Source: Lobosporangium transversale (lineage: Eukaryota). From it: a DNA stretch of 64,000 bases. The translations under genes were made by a program, and so were the position numbers. This document shows, in pieces, positions 40,037-54,132 of the stretch; positions within the stretch are counted from its first letter, which is position 1, and each line of letters opens with the position of its first letter. The DNA lies in the NCBI RefSeq assembly GCF_002105155.1, contig NW_019028980.1, positions 1,550,001 through 1,614,000 on the forward strand, written 5' to 3'. The notes beneath the pieces are model-generated. The model saw only the letters and a program-made list of their open reading frames with translations, ran no database searches and was not told where the DNA came from.

Positions 40037-41654
40037 ATGATATTTACAGAGAAAAAGCTTCAGGCATTTCGCCTAGTCAGCTTGGATGCATCATCCGCTC
40101 CATTGTCAGATATCCAATACGTAGAAGCTCGACTTGACCATAAAACACAGCAGCATATCATCCTCTGGAACGACATTGTATCCTCCTACAAGGATGCAAC
40201 CCATATAAAACAAGAGAATGTAGTTATATCCTTCCTCACGGATGATAGCTTTGAATAGTAAGAATAAGCATAATAATTGATCGCTAGCTACGACATCCGT
40301 TGCTTTTTAGTGTTAGATTATGTTTGGTGTTAGCTCAAACCCATATCAATGTTGCAACAACATATATAGTATAAAGCCACTTCGAATACGTGCAGAGCTT
40401 GATGCCATACTGGATGTGGTAATCCCCTCTCAAGCTGGCATCCCAAGGGAGTCATATTCAGCTTCAACAACGATCCAAGAAAAGAGAGAGGAAGAACCGG
40501 CTGCCAAAGGGTCCTATGCCAGCAATAACGCCAAAAGCCCCAAGGCAGGTATGAAAGAACCCTCCAGAAGGCATGGCACTGCAGCTACTTCAGAACATGC
40601 TTCAAGTTACGGAGCTACAAGTTCGGCAAGACCAACAGTTGAGGAAAGAGCAGAGTTGCCGGCATTGCCGGTTGGTGGAGAGACTCAGCCGAGAGGCGTG
40701 GACGAGACACTTCCTAATATTCCCAGTGTTACTGATATTCCAGATGACCCCGCTAGTTCTGTTACTCGGAGCTATTTAAAAAGAATCCTTGAGCCCAAAG
40801 GCGATCTAAAGGCTTATTCAGATGCTATGAACTGGCTATCCCTGGTGGCCAGCCGAGGAGATGCCGTCGCTCAGAACTATTTAGGCTACGTGCTATACCA
40901 TGGCAAAGGAACCTCCAATGATTATTCGAATGCCATCGACTGGTTCACCAGATCAGCCAGTCAAGGATATGCCAGCGCCCAGAACAACCTTGGTTGCATG
41001 TACCAACATGGCAGAGGGGTTCCACAGGATTATTCGACTGCTGTGAACTGGTATCTCCAGGCAGCCGCTCAAGGAAGCGACATCGCTCAGAGCAATCTAG
41101 GCTATATGTATTATCACGGCAAAGGAGTACCACAGAGCTACCCGAAAGCCATCGACTGGTGTCTTAAAGCAGCCAACCAAGGTAACATCACCGCTCAGAG
41201 TGACTTAGGTTACATGTACCTTAGTTCACAAGACTACTCGGAAGCCTTCTACTGGCTTAATAAGGCAGCCAATCAAGGACATACTGATGCTCAGAACAAT
41301 CTAGGCTTCATGTATTCCCGTGGCGAAGGAGTACAAAACTATTCGGAAGCTGTCGACTGGTATCTCAAGGCAGCCAATCATGGAAATGTTACCGCTCAGA
41401 GCAACCTAGGCTATATGTACTCTCATGGCAAAGGGGTTTTAACGGACTATTCGACGGCTGTTGAGTGGTACCTCAAAGCAGCCAACTATGGGAATGCCGT
41501 CGCTCAGAGCAGTCTAGGCTACATGTATTTTCATGGCGAAGGGGTTTCGCAAGACAATTCGAAAGCTCTCGACTGGTATCTCAAAGCAGCCGACCAAGGA
41601 TGTGCTGATGCTCAGTCTGCTATTGAGTGTTTGCTTGCCTTGACGCTCGAGTGA
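40037..41654 (+). CDS. Sel1-like repeat protein with N-terminal header domain, copy 2 (exons 40037-40257, 40370-41654)
   Basis: Seven SLR units plus a cap. Paralog of 31061-32584 with the same intron and a homologous upstream sequence. Confidence 0.87.
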
Positions 41655-42861
41655 TAACCACTATAATTTAAATAATCATTGTGAGGTTATGTAGCGATAC
41701 CATTTTTCATTATCTATCTATCAATAGTCGTATCTTTTCCTGTGGTAACTTTAAAAACGGAATAAGAATCAAATGCTAATCGCTGCAACCATATCGCTTG
41801 AGTATCTGCTGTATTTGTCACTTTTCTTATGAGGCGATTACTAGACTACAAACTACATATAAAACTCCCTTCGGTGAATTATGGCGAGAGTTTGTAAATA
41901 CTCTTTGTTAAAAAGGCTCACTTCAAATTGTAAAGTAAGTAGGTTGGTGCTATTTGCTTTATATGTACGAGTAATTGAGCAGAAAACCGTGAAGGGGAAC
42001 GCTGAGGATCAAAGCAAGAAAGTGTATCGAAAGAAAATGACAAAATAGCCCAATGCCATAACCAGGTCCCAAGTATAACGAGCAGGGTATAGCCAAGAGC
42101 TTCGTTTATGGTTAACAAAGCTTCAAATAAATCAATAAATTTAATAGGAACATTTGCCTGGTGCAAAAGGCAGTAAAGGTGAAGCCAATGTTAATGATTT
42201 TGTTGCTCCATTCTATATCATAGAAGTAAGCGAAGCATCATGGTGATGGCAAAATTTCACAGTCTGGGAAATCTCAATAAATAACCACAACTTGTAGCCT
42301 ATCTCAATTAGCCTATCTATGACTATCAATAGATTCCAAGGACAGATGCTTAAATACACTGGTATATGTCTTCCTCAATAGGCTTAAGGGATGGCCATTC
42401 CCCCAGTGCTTAACCACGAATGTATAGATGTTAATATTCTTGAAATACTGATTGGGGATAACAAGGCACAATGCCGCTGGCAAGGTAAAAGGCTCACCTG
42501 GAATATGGACTCGGAAGATTGTCTACAGGATGGTTTTTAGACACGAAGTGTCTCCGTATTTCCTAGTGTGTAGTATATAGTTCTTCAATCAATAATTGTG
42601 CGTCCACTTTTTTTTATTTTATTTTTTATTTTTTATTTTTTAAAGAATCTGTCTGAACAGATACAGCGCAACAATCTATTCAAGCCAAGTGAGTTGCGGG
42701 AGTCAAGTGAAAGGCATCTGCAAAAGCTTTGGAAGACATGTATTTTCTCACTCTTGTCACGCGCAAGTGGCCAAGATTTTAAGAAATAGGATTAATGCGT
42801 TACTCAAAAGAGAAATGAGAAAACCTTTCATTCTGTCCTCATTCATCCAAGTGCTACCGAC

Positions 42862-45338
42862 ATGACAGAGCACCAATACCAACAATTCCGAAGGGCTGGC
42901 ATAATTGAGAAAGTACCTTCGCAAGCAATGGCAACTCAGCCTGCCATGTGAGTCTGCAAGACATTCGGGATGTGTTTCCAGATGCACAGCGATTCAAGCT
43001 GGAGGAACTTCCTATTCCATTCCTCATAGACCCTAATGGGAACAGGTATGCTACTGATTATGGTGCGCTTTATCAATCATCTTTTGAAAATAAATGAAGC
43101 TCAATCTGGCATATATCTGTCTTCTTGTTAGAGTCGAGCCACCATGCATTGGATTCTATCCTTACAAGATCCTGGATGTCATTACAGAAGCGCCGCAGCT
43201 AAGCAGCAGCGACAGTAGCAGCAGCAGCACCGAAGCTAGCAACGCCAACACCAGCAACACCAGTATCAACACCAACACCAGCACAAATACCAACATCGAT
43301 AATACTAATTGCAGCTGCAATAACAACAGCAATCACAGCGCCCTCATCCATTTGCCTACATTGAGAAAGTCGTCAAAGCAGGCCTCTCAGGATACTCTTT
43401 TACCATTATCAAACTTGATTCACTCTTTCAATTCGTTCCTTACTACACGCAACAATGCATATATCGAGGTGATCAACTCTAACCTTGAGAAGGTTGCAGA
43501 TGTGCTCTTGGAGGCCAAAGAGAAGGATGACAAGGTGGCTAATCTGCTGTTGGAAACCAAAGAAAAGGACAGCGAGCTGCATAAACTGAAAGACAAGATG
43601 CTTAATCTGGTATTGGAAGCCAAAGACAAGGACAGCGAGATGTTTAAACTACAAGAGAAGATGTTTAAACTACAATTGGAAGCTAAGGAGAAGGATGACA
43701 TAATACAACATCAAGGCCCTGACAAGCTTGCTACCCTTCAAAAGCATGTCCATGCTATCCTTAAGCAGAACGTTGAGCTCCACGAATACGTAATTCCTCG
43801 ACTGTTTATCATTCTACCTGTCGATCACACCAAGTGGGATCCAACGAATGTCTTGAAGAACAAAATTCGTGTTCATTTCCTATGTGAATGTGGAGATCAC
43901 ACTGCAATGACAAGCAAGAATAGTCAGAAGCCACTCCATATCACCAAACATGATGGATATGAGATCCGAAGCAGCACAGAATTCTTCCGCAAGTACGGAA
44001 AGCACATGTTCATCCTCTTACAGTGGCTCAAGCTGAGAATGTCTTCGTCTACAACTCTGGCACCATCCCCAAATTTGATGGATGCTGGTATCGATTGTTC
44101 AATCGACTATATGGAAGCACTCTCTAAGGAGGATCCAGGCTTGAGCAACATTGCTACAATCGATGACTATGATGGACTGAAAGGATCAGATTTCCAAAAT
44201 GTGTGGACATCCCTTCGAACCAATGATGAAGACAGGCAATTTGGGAACTTGTACAGGATCAATGAGCGAAACAGGGCGTGCCAAATGGGTTTGTCTCGAC
44301 TGCTGTCGTTCGATATATAAAGAAAAAGAGCAGCTAGCACTCGAAAATGCCGTGAGGATGAACGAGGGTGAGTACGACTCATACCTTGGTAAAGTAACTA
44401 TCACATTGGGGTCCAGAGAGAGAGCTAAAGGGCTCTTCGATGCACTAAGCAGGTCAATACGAGTTTACGAGTTGGATATCACATTTGACTGGGATTGGAC
44501 GGAGATTGATCTTGAAGCATTTAAGGATGCTTTGGAGGTGTCGAGTGTATCGAATCTTCGACTCGAACTTGCACGGGCTCAAAGGAATGCCGGTATAAAA
44601 GATTCTTCAATATCCGCACGATATGAATGGCTTATTTGCATCATAGAGCTCAGTAATATGAAAACAATCCATATTACTCTATCTCAGGATCTCATGAAAC
44701 TTCTCAGTTTACGACCCGCAAAACTGGCGCATCTTCATAAGCTAACCTTTGGGGTGAAGGCTCGATCGATTGGAGCCAGCGAATTACAAGGTCTTGTCAG
44801 TTTGCTCAAGGCTAATACAGCTTTGACTAACTTGAGTTTGGAGAACAGCTCAATTGGAAAGGAAGGAGCTGTGGCACTGTCAGAGGCACTCAAGACTAAC
44901 ACTACTTTGACCTCTTTGAACTTGTGGCTCAACTTCATTGGGGATAAAGGAGCTCTGGCACTGTCAGAAGCGCTCAAAGTTAACACTAGTTTGATAACTT
45001 TGGACTTGAGTTACAACTCAATTAGGGATGGAGGAGCTCTGGCGTTGTCAGAGGCACTCAAGGTTAATACTAGTTTGATGACTATGAACTTGAGCGGCAA
45101 CTCAATTGGGAATGAGGGAGCCCTGGCACTGTCAGAGGCGCTTAAGGCCAATGCAACTATGACGACTTTGGACTTGTATAACAACACAATTGGAAAGGAA
45201 GGAACCTTGGCTCTGTCAAAGGCACTCAAGGTCAATGCAACTTTGATGACTTTGAACTTGGATGCCAACGCAGTTGGGGATGAAGCAGCTCTGGCAATTT
45301 CAGAGGCACTCAAGACAAACGCAGTTTTAGCCAAATAA
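42862..45338 (+). pseudogene. RNI-like LRR gene, copy B: frameshifted (19-nt deletion in exon 1, +1 A at ~44261), 6 LRRs
   Basis: ORFs 43094..44320 and 44199..45338 overlap in different frames (ggatcAatgagc versus ggatcatgagc in paralogs). Exon 1 lacks ttgtgtcagaattgcttct. Confidence 0.8.
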
Positions 45339-46469
45339 GTAAGACAGCCTTAAGCGTCAAAGAAGGGACACTGATGCTGTTAGCCACAATCTGGACTGAC
45401 TAACTGACTTTGGATCGTTTTTTGGGATACTTGACTGATTTGATGGTTGAAAGAGCTCTGGGAGTAGTTAAAGAAAATAGTTTGGTTTAAATAAAAAGCA
45501 AGCTTGTGGCAACCAAGCGGCCATGGCGGCGTTGATTGTTAATCTTTTGCTGCCAGCTTTCCCTCTTCTTGCAAGACACTTCTCGCATGCCTGTGATGTT
45601 GAAGCTTCATTCTTTCTAATAAGACGACACATAAATATTAGTTCATTAAAAGATTCGTGCGCAGCTTTCTGCAATACTAAGCTACGTAAAGCGTAGTTGC
45701 AAAACGTAAAGACGGTAAAGCTGTTCTAGAGACCTTTTTTTTTTTCCTTATTTTGTATCTGTCTTTGGCAAATATTGACAAACATCTTCAAGTTGCAACA
45801 ATCTAGCAACAATCTAGTGTACTCGACTGTGCAATCAACGCTTCAATTTTGTCAATTTCTTTATATATATATATATATATGTTGTTGTTGTTTTTTTTTT
45901 TTTTTTTTTTTTTAAGTTAATATCCAAGCATTCAAGGCAGCAAGCTAGCAAGACAGTGTCTTTCAACTTTTTTTATTTTAAAGGTTGCTTGGGGGTTACT
46001 CCGCTATGCATTAACTCAATTAAAACTGTAGGCACAGACTACTCTAGTAAAGAAAGAAGAATAAAAGATCGTCCAGACAGACAAAAGAAGAAAAGCAGAT
46101 AGGATTATTGGCAATAAGATAATTCTTCACAGTATCGAAGCAAAGTAGGTAAACAGACAAAATGATTGCACTGCATTTAAAGGCTGTGTTTTGAAAAGAA
46201 AAAAGAATGCCAAATTGCAAAACACTTTTCATATGAGAAAAAGGTCTAGTACAGGAACAACAATAGGGACGTGTACAAAGGACAAGCGTTCATACCTGTT
46301 GGTTCGAAATCTAGTAGAGACAGCCGATAGCTCAGTTTGTTTTCGTACTTTAGTTGAAAGGAGAGAACCAAAGAGTTTTTCGGTGAACTTAGAGCCGATT
46401 TATGGTTTTAGACGCTCTTGAGTATGATCAATATACGGCTTCTTCATGAACGACATCCTGAAGACATCT

Positions 46470-47355
46470 TAAAGTCATTACTTGGTCTCCGGCATCACAC
46501 CGGATTCGCTTTGGTTTGCCATTGCCCTTTTGAGTACAGACCATTTTGATCTTGTGAAAAAGGAAATACGTTGCTTAATCAACACCCTTCAGACATGGAA
46601 ATACCATCGATATTGTAACGACCCCATTCTGCAGCCAATGTCATCTTTGCCTCCCTTGCTGCCCCTCTAGCTATTAGGCCTGCTATCTCGTCTCTACAAC
46701 CTTGTGCTCAAACTAGTATTCTCCAACAATGCACTGTTGAATACGAATTGGGTGACATGTTTCCTTGCATCTTTGTAATAATCGATTTGAATCTGCGAAA
46801 GCTACTGATTACATTCAGAGTATGATGGAGATACTTATGCCACTCGAAGCCAAGGCCTTGACTCTCGTACAAACCAGGAAGAACAGACCAACTTCATTGC
46901 CCTGGACTGCCGTGTTTGTGGCGCGCAAGGTGCTGATCTAGGATACTCCCAAAAACTCTAACCCAAGGGAAAATACGAGCCTCCATCTTTATAGAAATAT
47001 TTAACTGGTATGACCGAACTGTAGGCCCTGACTGAGCGAGTAAATTGAGTCAAAAAGTAGATGAGCACACTTGATGGTGCGGTGGTTTGTATAGTTTGAA
47101 GATGATCGCATCTTTGCAATGATAAACTTTGGTCGAGACAGTATGGTACTTCCTCCAGGACCTATTAGATCCTCTTCTTACCCATACTTTAGCTCAATGC
47201 TCTCCTATACATGCTTGAGCAAGACAACATGAAAATCCTTGCAGACCCGTACGCAATTTCGAGATTTTTATTTTTCTTTTTTTTGCCAAGAAAGATGCTC
47301 ATGGCTTCGACTAATTCGACTAATTCAGAAATGTTCATTGACTGAAGATGCACGT
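46470..47355 (-). pseudogene. F-box/LRR pseudogene (copy of 27530-28420)
   Basis: Lies within the duplicated segment and carries the same decayed F-box/LRR fragments. Confidence 0.55.
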
Positions 47356-48512
47356 TGCGATCGAATTGTCAAAATGGAGGCATCCATTCAGTGACTGTAG
47401 GAAGGAATACCTGAACAAAGCCGATGATGTTATTGAGTGCACATGTTCCAATTTGGTGGCGCACTTGCCAAGACAAGACTCGGGCTTAAGAGAAATGCTA
47501 CGAGTAGTTGACATGTTAAACCATAAAATGACTGCCCACACATGGGCAAGATAGACGCGTCGCGCGTAACTATTGGCTTCACGTGACAAAATATGCCTAT
47601 TTAAGGCTTGATTTTAGCTTTCAACAACCTGAACACTTCTTCAACTTTTCCTTTCTCTACCAACTGAATTCCCAATAGTTCATTCAGAAAAAAAAAATGC
47701 ATACCATTGGTAAACGCAAAGAACCCTCTGGCAGCCCTACTCTGCGTGACATTCAAAGCTCAAAGAGACAACGAAATGAAAAGACACAGGGAGAAGAAGA
47801 AATAGAAGATAACCAATATAACACGACAAGCACTACAATAACAACGCTGACTACCTCATCATCAACTACTACGGTATCATATTCCACAGGGAAGCGCAAA
47901 GAGCCTTCCGGCAGCCCTTTGCAGCATGATATTCAAGTGTCAAAGAAACAGCGAAACGAAAAGACACAAGGACAAGAGGAAATAGAAGACAACCACTATA
48001 CCATGACAAGCTCGAGCACAAAAGTAGTAACAGCAACAACGACTGCTCCATCGTCAGCTATTGCGGTATCGCACTTTGTTGCCGCCTCAGGGTTCGTTTC
48101 TCATCATGTTGCTGTTAAGAAGGCTGAACCAAATACAATCAACAATATTGGTGGCAACAACAGTGGCGTCAAGCATGACGCCACCAAAACCTCAGCAGCT
48201 TCGACTTCGGGATCAACCAATAAAGATAATGGTGCCTCGTCGACCTCGTCATGGAGGCGAACGTTCAAGTATGACAGCAGCAATCCTAGCAGAGTACATA
48301 GAACGTTTATATATGATCCAGTAACCTCAACTACCTTCATCTTGACCTCTTCAATGTTCATGTGTGGGTACGAAACAACAAGAGTATCCAAAGAGCAATA
48401 AGCAAGGCCATGTATTACTGGAAATGGCCTGGATACTCCCCTCAAAAAATTATATATAAAAAAAAAAAAAAAAAAAAAAAACTCTCATTTCATATGATTG
48501 TTTTGTATTGTG

Positions 48513-48546
<34 letters not shown>

Positions 48547-50083
48547 ACAAAATTACTCATATACCAGTATATATAGTGCTAAGCCTTTGGAAGGTTTGTT
48601 TTAATTGCTTTAATAAAATTACCTTTTGTCTCTCAAAGCTATTACAAACAGTATTTTTTATTTTCTCAATGCTCGCTACATGGTGATCCAATGCTCCCTT
48701 CTTTCTACGGCTTCAATTAGGCCAGACTTGGTCCGCCACCTTCCGAATGAAACTTGTAAGAGCATCAATGAGCCTGCTAATTCACTTTCCTATGTCATTT
48801 GTCCGCACTGCTTGAATCTCTTGCTTTCCATGCATTTTCTCATAAACATTCTTCCTAGGACTACCTCTACTGGACACTTTAGACTTGGACCCCGTTGATG
48901 ATATCCAGGTATGGGAAAATCAATAATCTTAAAGAATCTGCTTTGAAGTCGGGCGAAGATCAGCTATAACCCCTTTGGGTTTCGGATCTGTTCACCATTT
49001 TGCCACTGTAATACATTACTATCCCTCTTTGCATGTATCCTTGATGTATTACGGACTGTACCTCGCGTATTAGGGAGAAAATAAAATAGTCAGCTATTGA
49101 CTAAGAGGGAGATGGACTCGTATCGCTGCAGTGCTGAACTGCACCGCTTGGCAGCGAGGCTTTCACACCTTTACTGGCTTCTACAACTGTCAAATACCTC
49201 TCTTGCCTTCGTTGAGTTACTTCAAAACAAGTTGAGAATTGCAAATTAAATGAGCAATGTATTCCAGAGGTTTGTAAATTAGGGCCTTAAAAAAAGAAAA
49301 AAGAAAAATTCATAAAGTACATTATAACAAAAAGCACCAGACCCCAGCCTGTGTACCTAAAAATGAGCGAATGACTGAAGAGACCACACAGTGATTTTGC
49401 ATCTCACCTAGTTTTTACTGGGCTCTAGAACACTTCGTTTGAGAACCAAAGTCACCATTGAATTTCCTCACGCGTACCTGGTGTTTAGTGACTAGCCACC
49501 AATATTAGCATGATGGAACATGCATCAGTTGCTTTCGACAGTGCGGCCGATCTGCCTTGATAGGGTGGGATGTGTAACAAAGCATCTGCAACATAGCAGT
49601 GGATCCTGTTTAGATGCACTTTACATGAAAATCCTGACAATCAAAAGAGCACGGCTGTTAGGGAATGTCTTTCTCAGGGTCTATTTTTTAAGGTTGCGGC
49701 TCCACTTTGAGTTCTTTGCAGCCTTACCAAAAACAAACAAACAAACAAACAAACAAACAAACAAACTCTATCAGGACATTAGGATAGGATGGAAAGAGTG
49801 CACAGACCACGGTAGGAAAGAAAGAAGAAGAAGATTGTCCAAGATTGTCAAGACAGAAAGGAAAGCAGAAGATGAAGCAGACAAATATAAAAGCTTATTA
49901 GGTATCGCAAAGATCTTTTCATATGAGAAAAAGGTCCCACAATGACTCGATGCTGTCGAAGGCTGTGACAAAAGAAAAGAATGCAAGCCATTATGCCTCT
50001 GAAAACGTATAAAAGGATCTCTCTTTCCTCTCTTCCTTGGCTCCTCACCGCAAAGCAGCAGGTAAAACTGTTCAACATGTTTC
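46841..50083. repeat. Left arm of a ~3.2-kb near-identical inverted repeat (partner 56160-59402)
   Basis: All mirrored ORF pairs have a constant coordinate sum of 106243 and identical translations. Weaker similarity extends to about 46528/59732. Confidence 0.95.
47697..48401 (+). CDS. Orphan double-NLS protein, copy 2 (234 aa)
   Basis: Intact paralog of 28743..29429 with an in-frame insertion (SGSTNKD region). Confidence 0.7.
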   Translation: MHTIGKRKEPSGSPTLRDIQSSKRQRNEKTQGEEEIEDNQYNTTSTTITTLTTSSSTTTVSYSTGKRKEPSGSPLQHDIQVSKKQRNEKTQGQEEIEDNHYTMTSSSTKVVTATTTAPSSAIAVSHFVAASGFVSHHVAVKKAEPNTINNIGGNNSGVKHDATKTSAASTSGSTNKDNGASSTSSWRRTFKYDSSNPSRVHRTFIYDPVTSTTFILTSSMFMCGYETTRVSKEQ

Positions 50084-50560
50084 CACAAATTGATTGGCGC
50101 AACTTTAGCCAGTAGCTCATGATATGTGGGGAGTGGGGATGAAGCTCAGAGAGTCTTCTCTGTTGGGGCCCAGGTAGATCTCCTCTGAGTCTGCGGAAAC
50201 CAGGTGGGGGGCGCGCAACCAGACCACCTCCTCGTGGTGCGCCTTGGGCTGTCTGCTCTCAGCAGCAGGCAGGCGAAGAGTCTGGCACTTCTTTCTTATC
50301 ACATCATCATATTTATGCTATTCGCAGCTACTTGTCAACACTGTGGTATTCATGTTGGACATGATTATATGGTGATGTCTTTCATGATAAGGAGGACGCA
50401 ACTCTTATTGTCCTTGTTCTTGAGCCTGAGTCTCGTCTTGGGCAAGTGCGCCACCAAATTGAAACATACGCACTCATCAATAACATCTTCAGCCTTGTTC
50501 AGACGTTCTTTTCTTAAAGTCACTGAATGAACGCCTCCATTTCGGCAATTCCATCGCAAC

Positions 50561-51130
50561 ATGCATCTTCAGCCATTGAACATTTCTGAATTAGCTCAAT
50601 TGCTCGAAGACATGAGCATTCTTGTTGGCGAAAAAAAAAAAAAAAAAAACTCGAAAGTTGCCTACCCGTCTGTAAGGATTTTCATATTGTCTTTCTCAAG
50701 CGTTTGTAAGGATATTCATATTGTCTTTCTCGAACGTCTATATTTCATATCAATACAGTCCATGACTAAATACTAAGCCTATCTCAAACACCTATAGGAG
50801 AGCATTGGCTTCAAATTTGGCAGGAAGTTCCAATTGACAGACGCTTCCAGAAGAAGTACCATGCCATCTTGATGAATGTCTTTTGTTCTCAGGATGCGAT
50901 AGCCTTCAAAACCATACAAGCCATAGCACCGTCATATGTGGTCATCTAATTTACTCATTCAACTAAGGTCCACAGCTCCACCATAAAAGAGATTGAATGC
51001 TCCTTCAAGACCGAGACTCATATTTATCCTTGGGGTTGCTAACTCTACTACCGTTGGAACAAAGATATGAACGTGATCAAGAGGACAAGTGCATCCAAGC
51101 CCAATTCCTCGGTCTGCTATTTCGGAATCT
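50561..51130 (+). pseudogene. F-box/LRR pseudogene fragment
   Basis: Reads MHLQPLNISEL..., then frameshifted LESCLPVCKDFHIVFLKRL and LFSGCDSLQ, matching NPLEIP...MRCLRVSKAFH and SLQGCNRL of the 33-34 kb gene. Confidence 0.5.
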
Positions 51131-51575
51131 GTACTCTGGAGATCTAAGAGAGAAGACGGTAAAGGTATATCGTTGACTGATCTCTCAAGTGTAGTGTACT
51201 GAGCACGACTATGCTGTTCATTTTAATAGCTCATGGTGTGCTTTTCATATCCCCACTCATCGTCAGGGAAGGCATCATGGTCACCTCGCCTTCAGCCAAT
51301 TGTCGCAAATACACAGTACAAAGCCTTGGATGGGAATGTGACCAGTGGAGCAAACAACATCAATTGTTAAACAGAAACAACGCAGCAATCTATTCAAGCC
51401 AAGTGGGTTGCAGGAGTCAAGTGAAAGGCATCTGCAAAAGCTTTGGAAGACATGTATTTTCTCACTCTTGTCACGCGCAAGTGGCCAAGATTTTAAGAAA
51501 TAGGATTAATGCGTTACTCAAAAGAGAAATGAGAAAACCTTTCATTCTGTCCTCATTCATCCAAGTGCTACCGAC

Positions 51576-54132
51576 ATGACAGAGCACCAATACCAACAAT
51601 TCCGAAGGGCTGGCATAATTGAGAAAGTACCTTCGCAAGCAATGGCAACTCAGCCTGCCATGTGAGTCTGCAAGACATTCGGGATGTGTTTCCAGATGCA
51701 CAGCGATTCAAGCTGGAGGAACTTCCTATTCCATTCCTCATAGACCCTAATGGGAACAGGTATGCTACTGATTATGGTGCGCTTTATCAATCATCTTTTG
51801 AAAATAAATGAAGCTCAATCTGGCATATATCTGTCTTCTTGTTAGAGTCGAGCCACCATGCATTGGATTCTATCCTTACAAGATCCTGGATGTCATTACA
51901 GAAGCGCCGCAGCTAAGCAGCAGCGACAGTAGCAGCAGCAGCACCGAAGCTAGCAACGCCAACACCAGCAACACCAGCATTGACGCCAACACTAGCACAA
52001 ATAGCACTGACAATACCAACTGTAGCTGCAATAACAACAGCAATCACAACACCGTCATCCACTTGCCTACATTGAGAAAGTCGTCAAAGCAGGCCTCTCA
52101 GGATACTCTTTTACCATTATCAAACTTGATTCAATCTTTCAATTCGCTCCTTACTACACGCAACAATGCATATATCGAGGTGATCAGCTCTAACCTTGAG
52201 AAGGTTGCAGATGTGCTCTTGGAGGCCAAAGAGAAGGATGACAAGGTGGCTAATCTGCTGTTGGAAACCAAAGAAAAGGACAGCGAGCTGCATAAACTGA
52301 AAGACAAGATGCTTAATCTGGTATTGGAAACCAAAGAGAAGGACAGCGAGATGTTTAAACTACAAGAGAAGATGTTTAAACTACAATTGGAAGCTAAGGA
52401 GAAGGATGACATAATACAACATCAAGGCCCTGACAAGCTTGCTACCCTTCAAAAGCATGTCCATGCTATCCTTAAGCAGAACGTTGAGCTCCACGAATAC
52501 GTAATTCCTCGACTGTTTATCATTCTACCTGTCGATCACACCAAGTGGGATCCAACGAATGTCTTGAAGAACAAAATTCGTGTTCATTTCCTATGTGAAT
52601 GTGGAGATCACACTGCAATGACAAGCAAGAATAGTCAGAAGCCACTCCATATCACCAAACATGATGGATATGAGATCCGAAGCAGCACAGAATTCTTCCG
52701 CAAGTACGGAAAGCACATGTTCATCCTTTTAAAGTGGCTCAAGTTAGGAATGACCTCGTCTACATCTCTGGCACCATCCCCAAATTTGATGGATGCTGGT
52801 ATCGATTGTTCAATCGACTATATGGAAGCACTCTCTAAGGAGGATCCAGGCCTGAGCAACATTGCTACAATCGATGACTATGATGGACTGAAAGGATCAG
52901 ATTTCCAAAATGTGTGGACATCCCTTCGAACCAATGATGAAGATAGGCAATTTGAGGATTTGTACAGGATCATGAGCGAAACAGGGCATGCCAAATGGGT
53001 CCGTCCCGATCACTGTTGCTCGATGTATGAAGATAAAGAACAGAAGGCGTTTATAAATGCAGTGGAAGTGAATAGTGGCAAATATAACGGGCATCTTGGT
53101 AAAGTAACTATCACACTCAGGTCCAGAGAGAGAGCTAAAGGTCTTTTCGATGCACTAAGCAGGTCAATACGAGTTTACGAGTTGGATATCACATTTGGCT
53201 GGGATTGGACTGAGACTGATCTTGAAGCATTTGAGAATGCTTTGGAGGTGTCGAGTGTATCGATTCTTCGACTTGGGCTTGCACGAACTCAAAGGAATGC
53301 TGGTATAAAAGATTCAATACCCGCGCGATATGAAAGACTTATTCGCGTCATAGAGCTCAGTAACATGAAAACAATCCATATTACTCTATCTCAGGATCTC
53401 ATGAAACTTCTCAGTTTACGACTCGCAAAAATTTCGCACCTTCATAAGCTATCTTTTGGGGTGAAGGCTCTATCGATTGAAGCCAGCGAATTACAAGGGC
53501 TTATAAATTTACTCATGACTAACACGACATTGACGACTTTGAACTTGACCAACAACTCAATTTTTGATAAAGAAGTCCTGACACTGTCAGAGGCGCTCAA
53601 GGCCAATACAACTCTAGCGATTTTGGACTTGAGTGACAACTCAGTTGGGGATAAAGGAGCTCTGGCACTGTCGGAGGCGCTCAAGATTAGCAGTAGTTTG
53701 ACCTCTTTGAGGTTGGGTAGCAACTCAATTGGGGATGAAGGAGCTCTGGCACTGTCAGAGGCGCTCAAGGTCAACAGTAGTTTGATGACTTTGGACTTGA
53801 GTTACAACTCAATTAGGGATGGAGGAGCTCTGGCGTTGTCAGAGGCACTCAAGGTTAATACTAGTTTGATGACTATGAACTTGAGCGGCAACTCAATTGG
53901 GAATGAAGGAGCCCTGGCACTGTCAGAGACGCTTAAGGCCAATGCAACTATGACGACTTTGAACTTGTATAACAACCCAATTGGAAAGGATGGAGTCTTG
54001 GCACTGTCAGAGGCACTCAAGGTCAATACAACTTTGACGACTTTGAACTTGGGTCGCAACGCAGTTGGGGATGAAGAAGCTCTGGTAATCTCAGAAGCCC
54101 TCAAGACAAACGCAGTTTTAGCAAAAAAATAA
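51576..54132 (+). CDS. RNI-like LRR gene, copy C: 7 LRRs; exon 1 frameshifted by a 19-nt deletion, exon 2 intact (header-less protein or pseudogene)
   Basis: The 774-aa ORF 51808..54132 is intact. The deletion at 51628/51629 stops the exon-1 frame after 29 codons. Confidence 0.7.
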
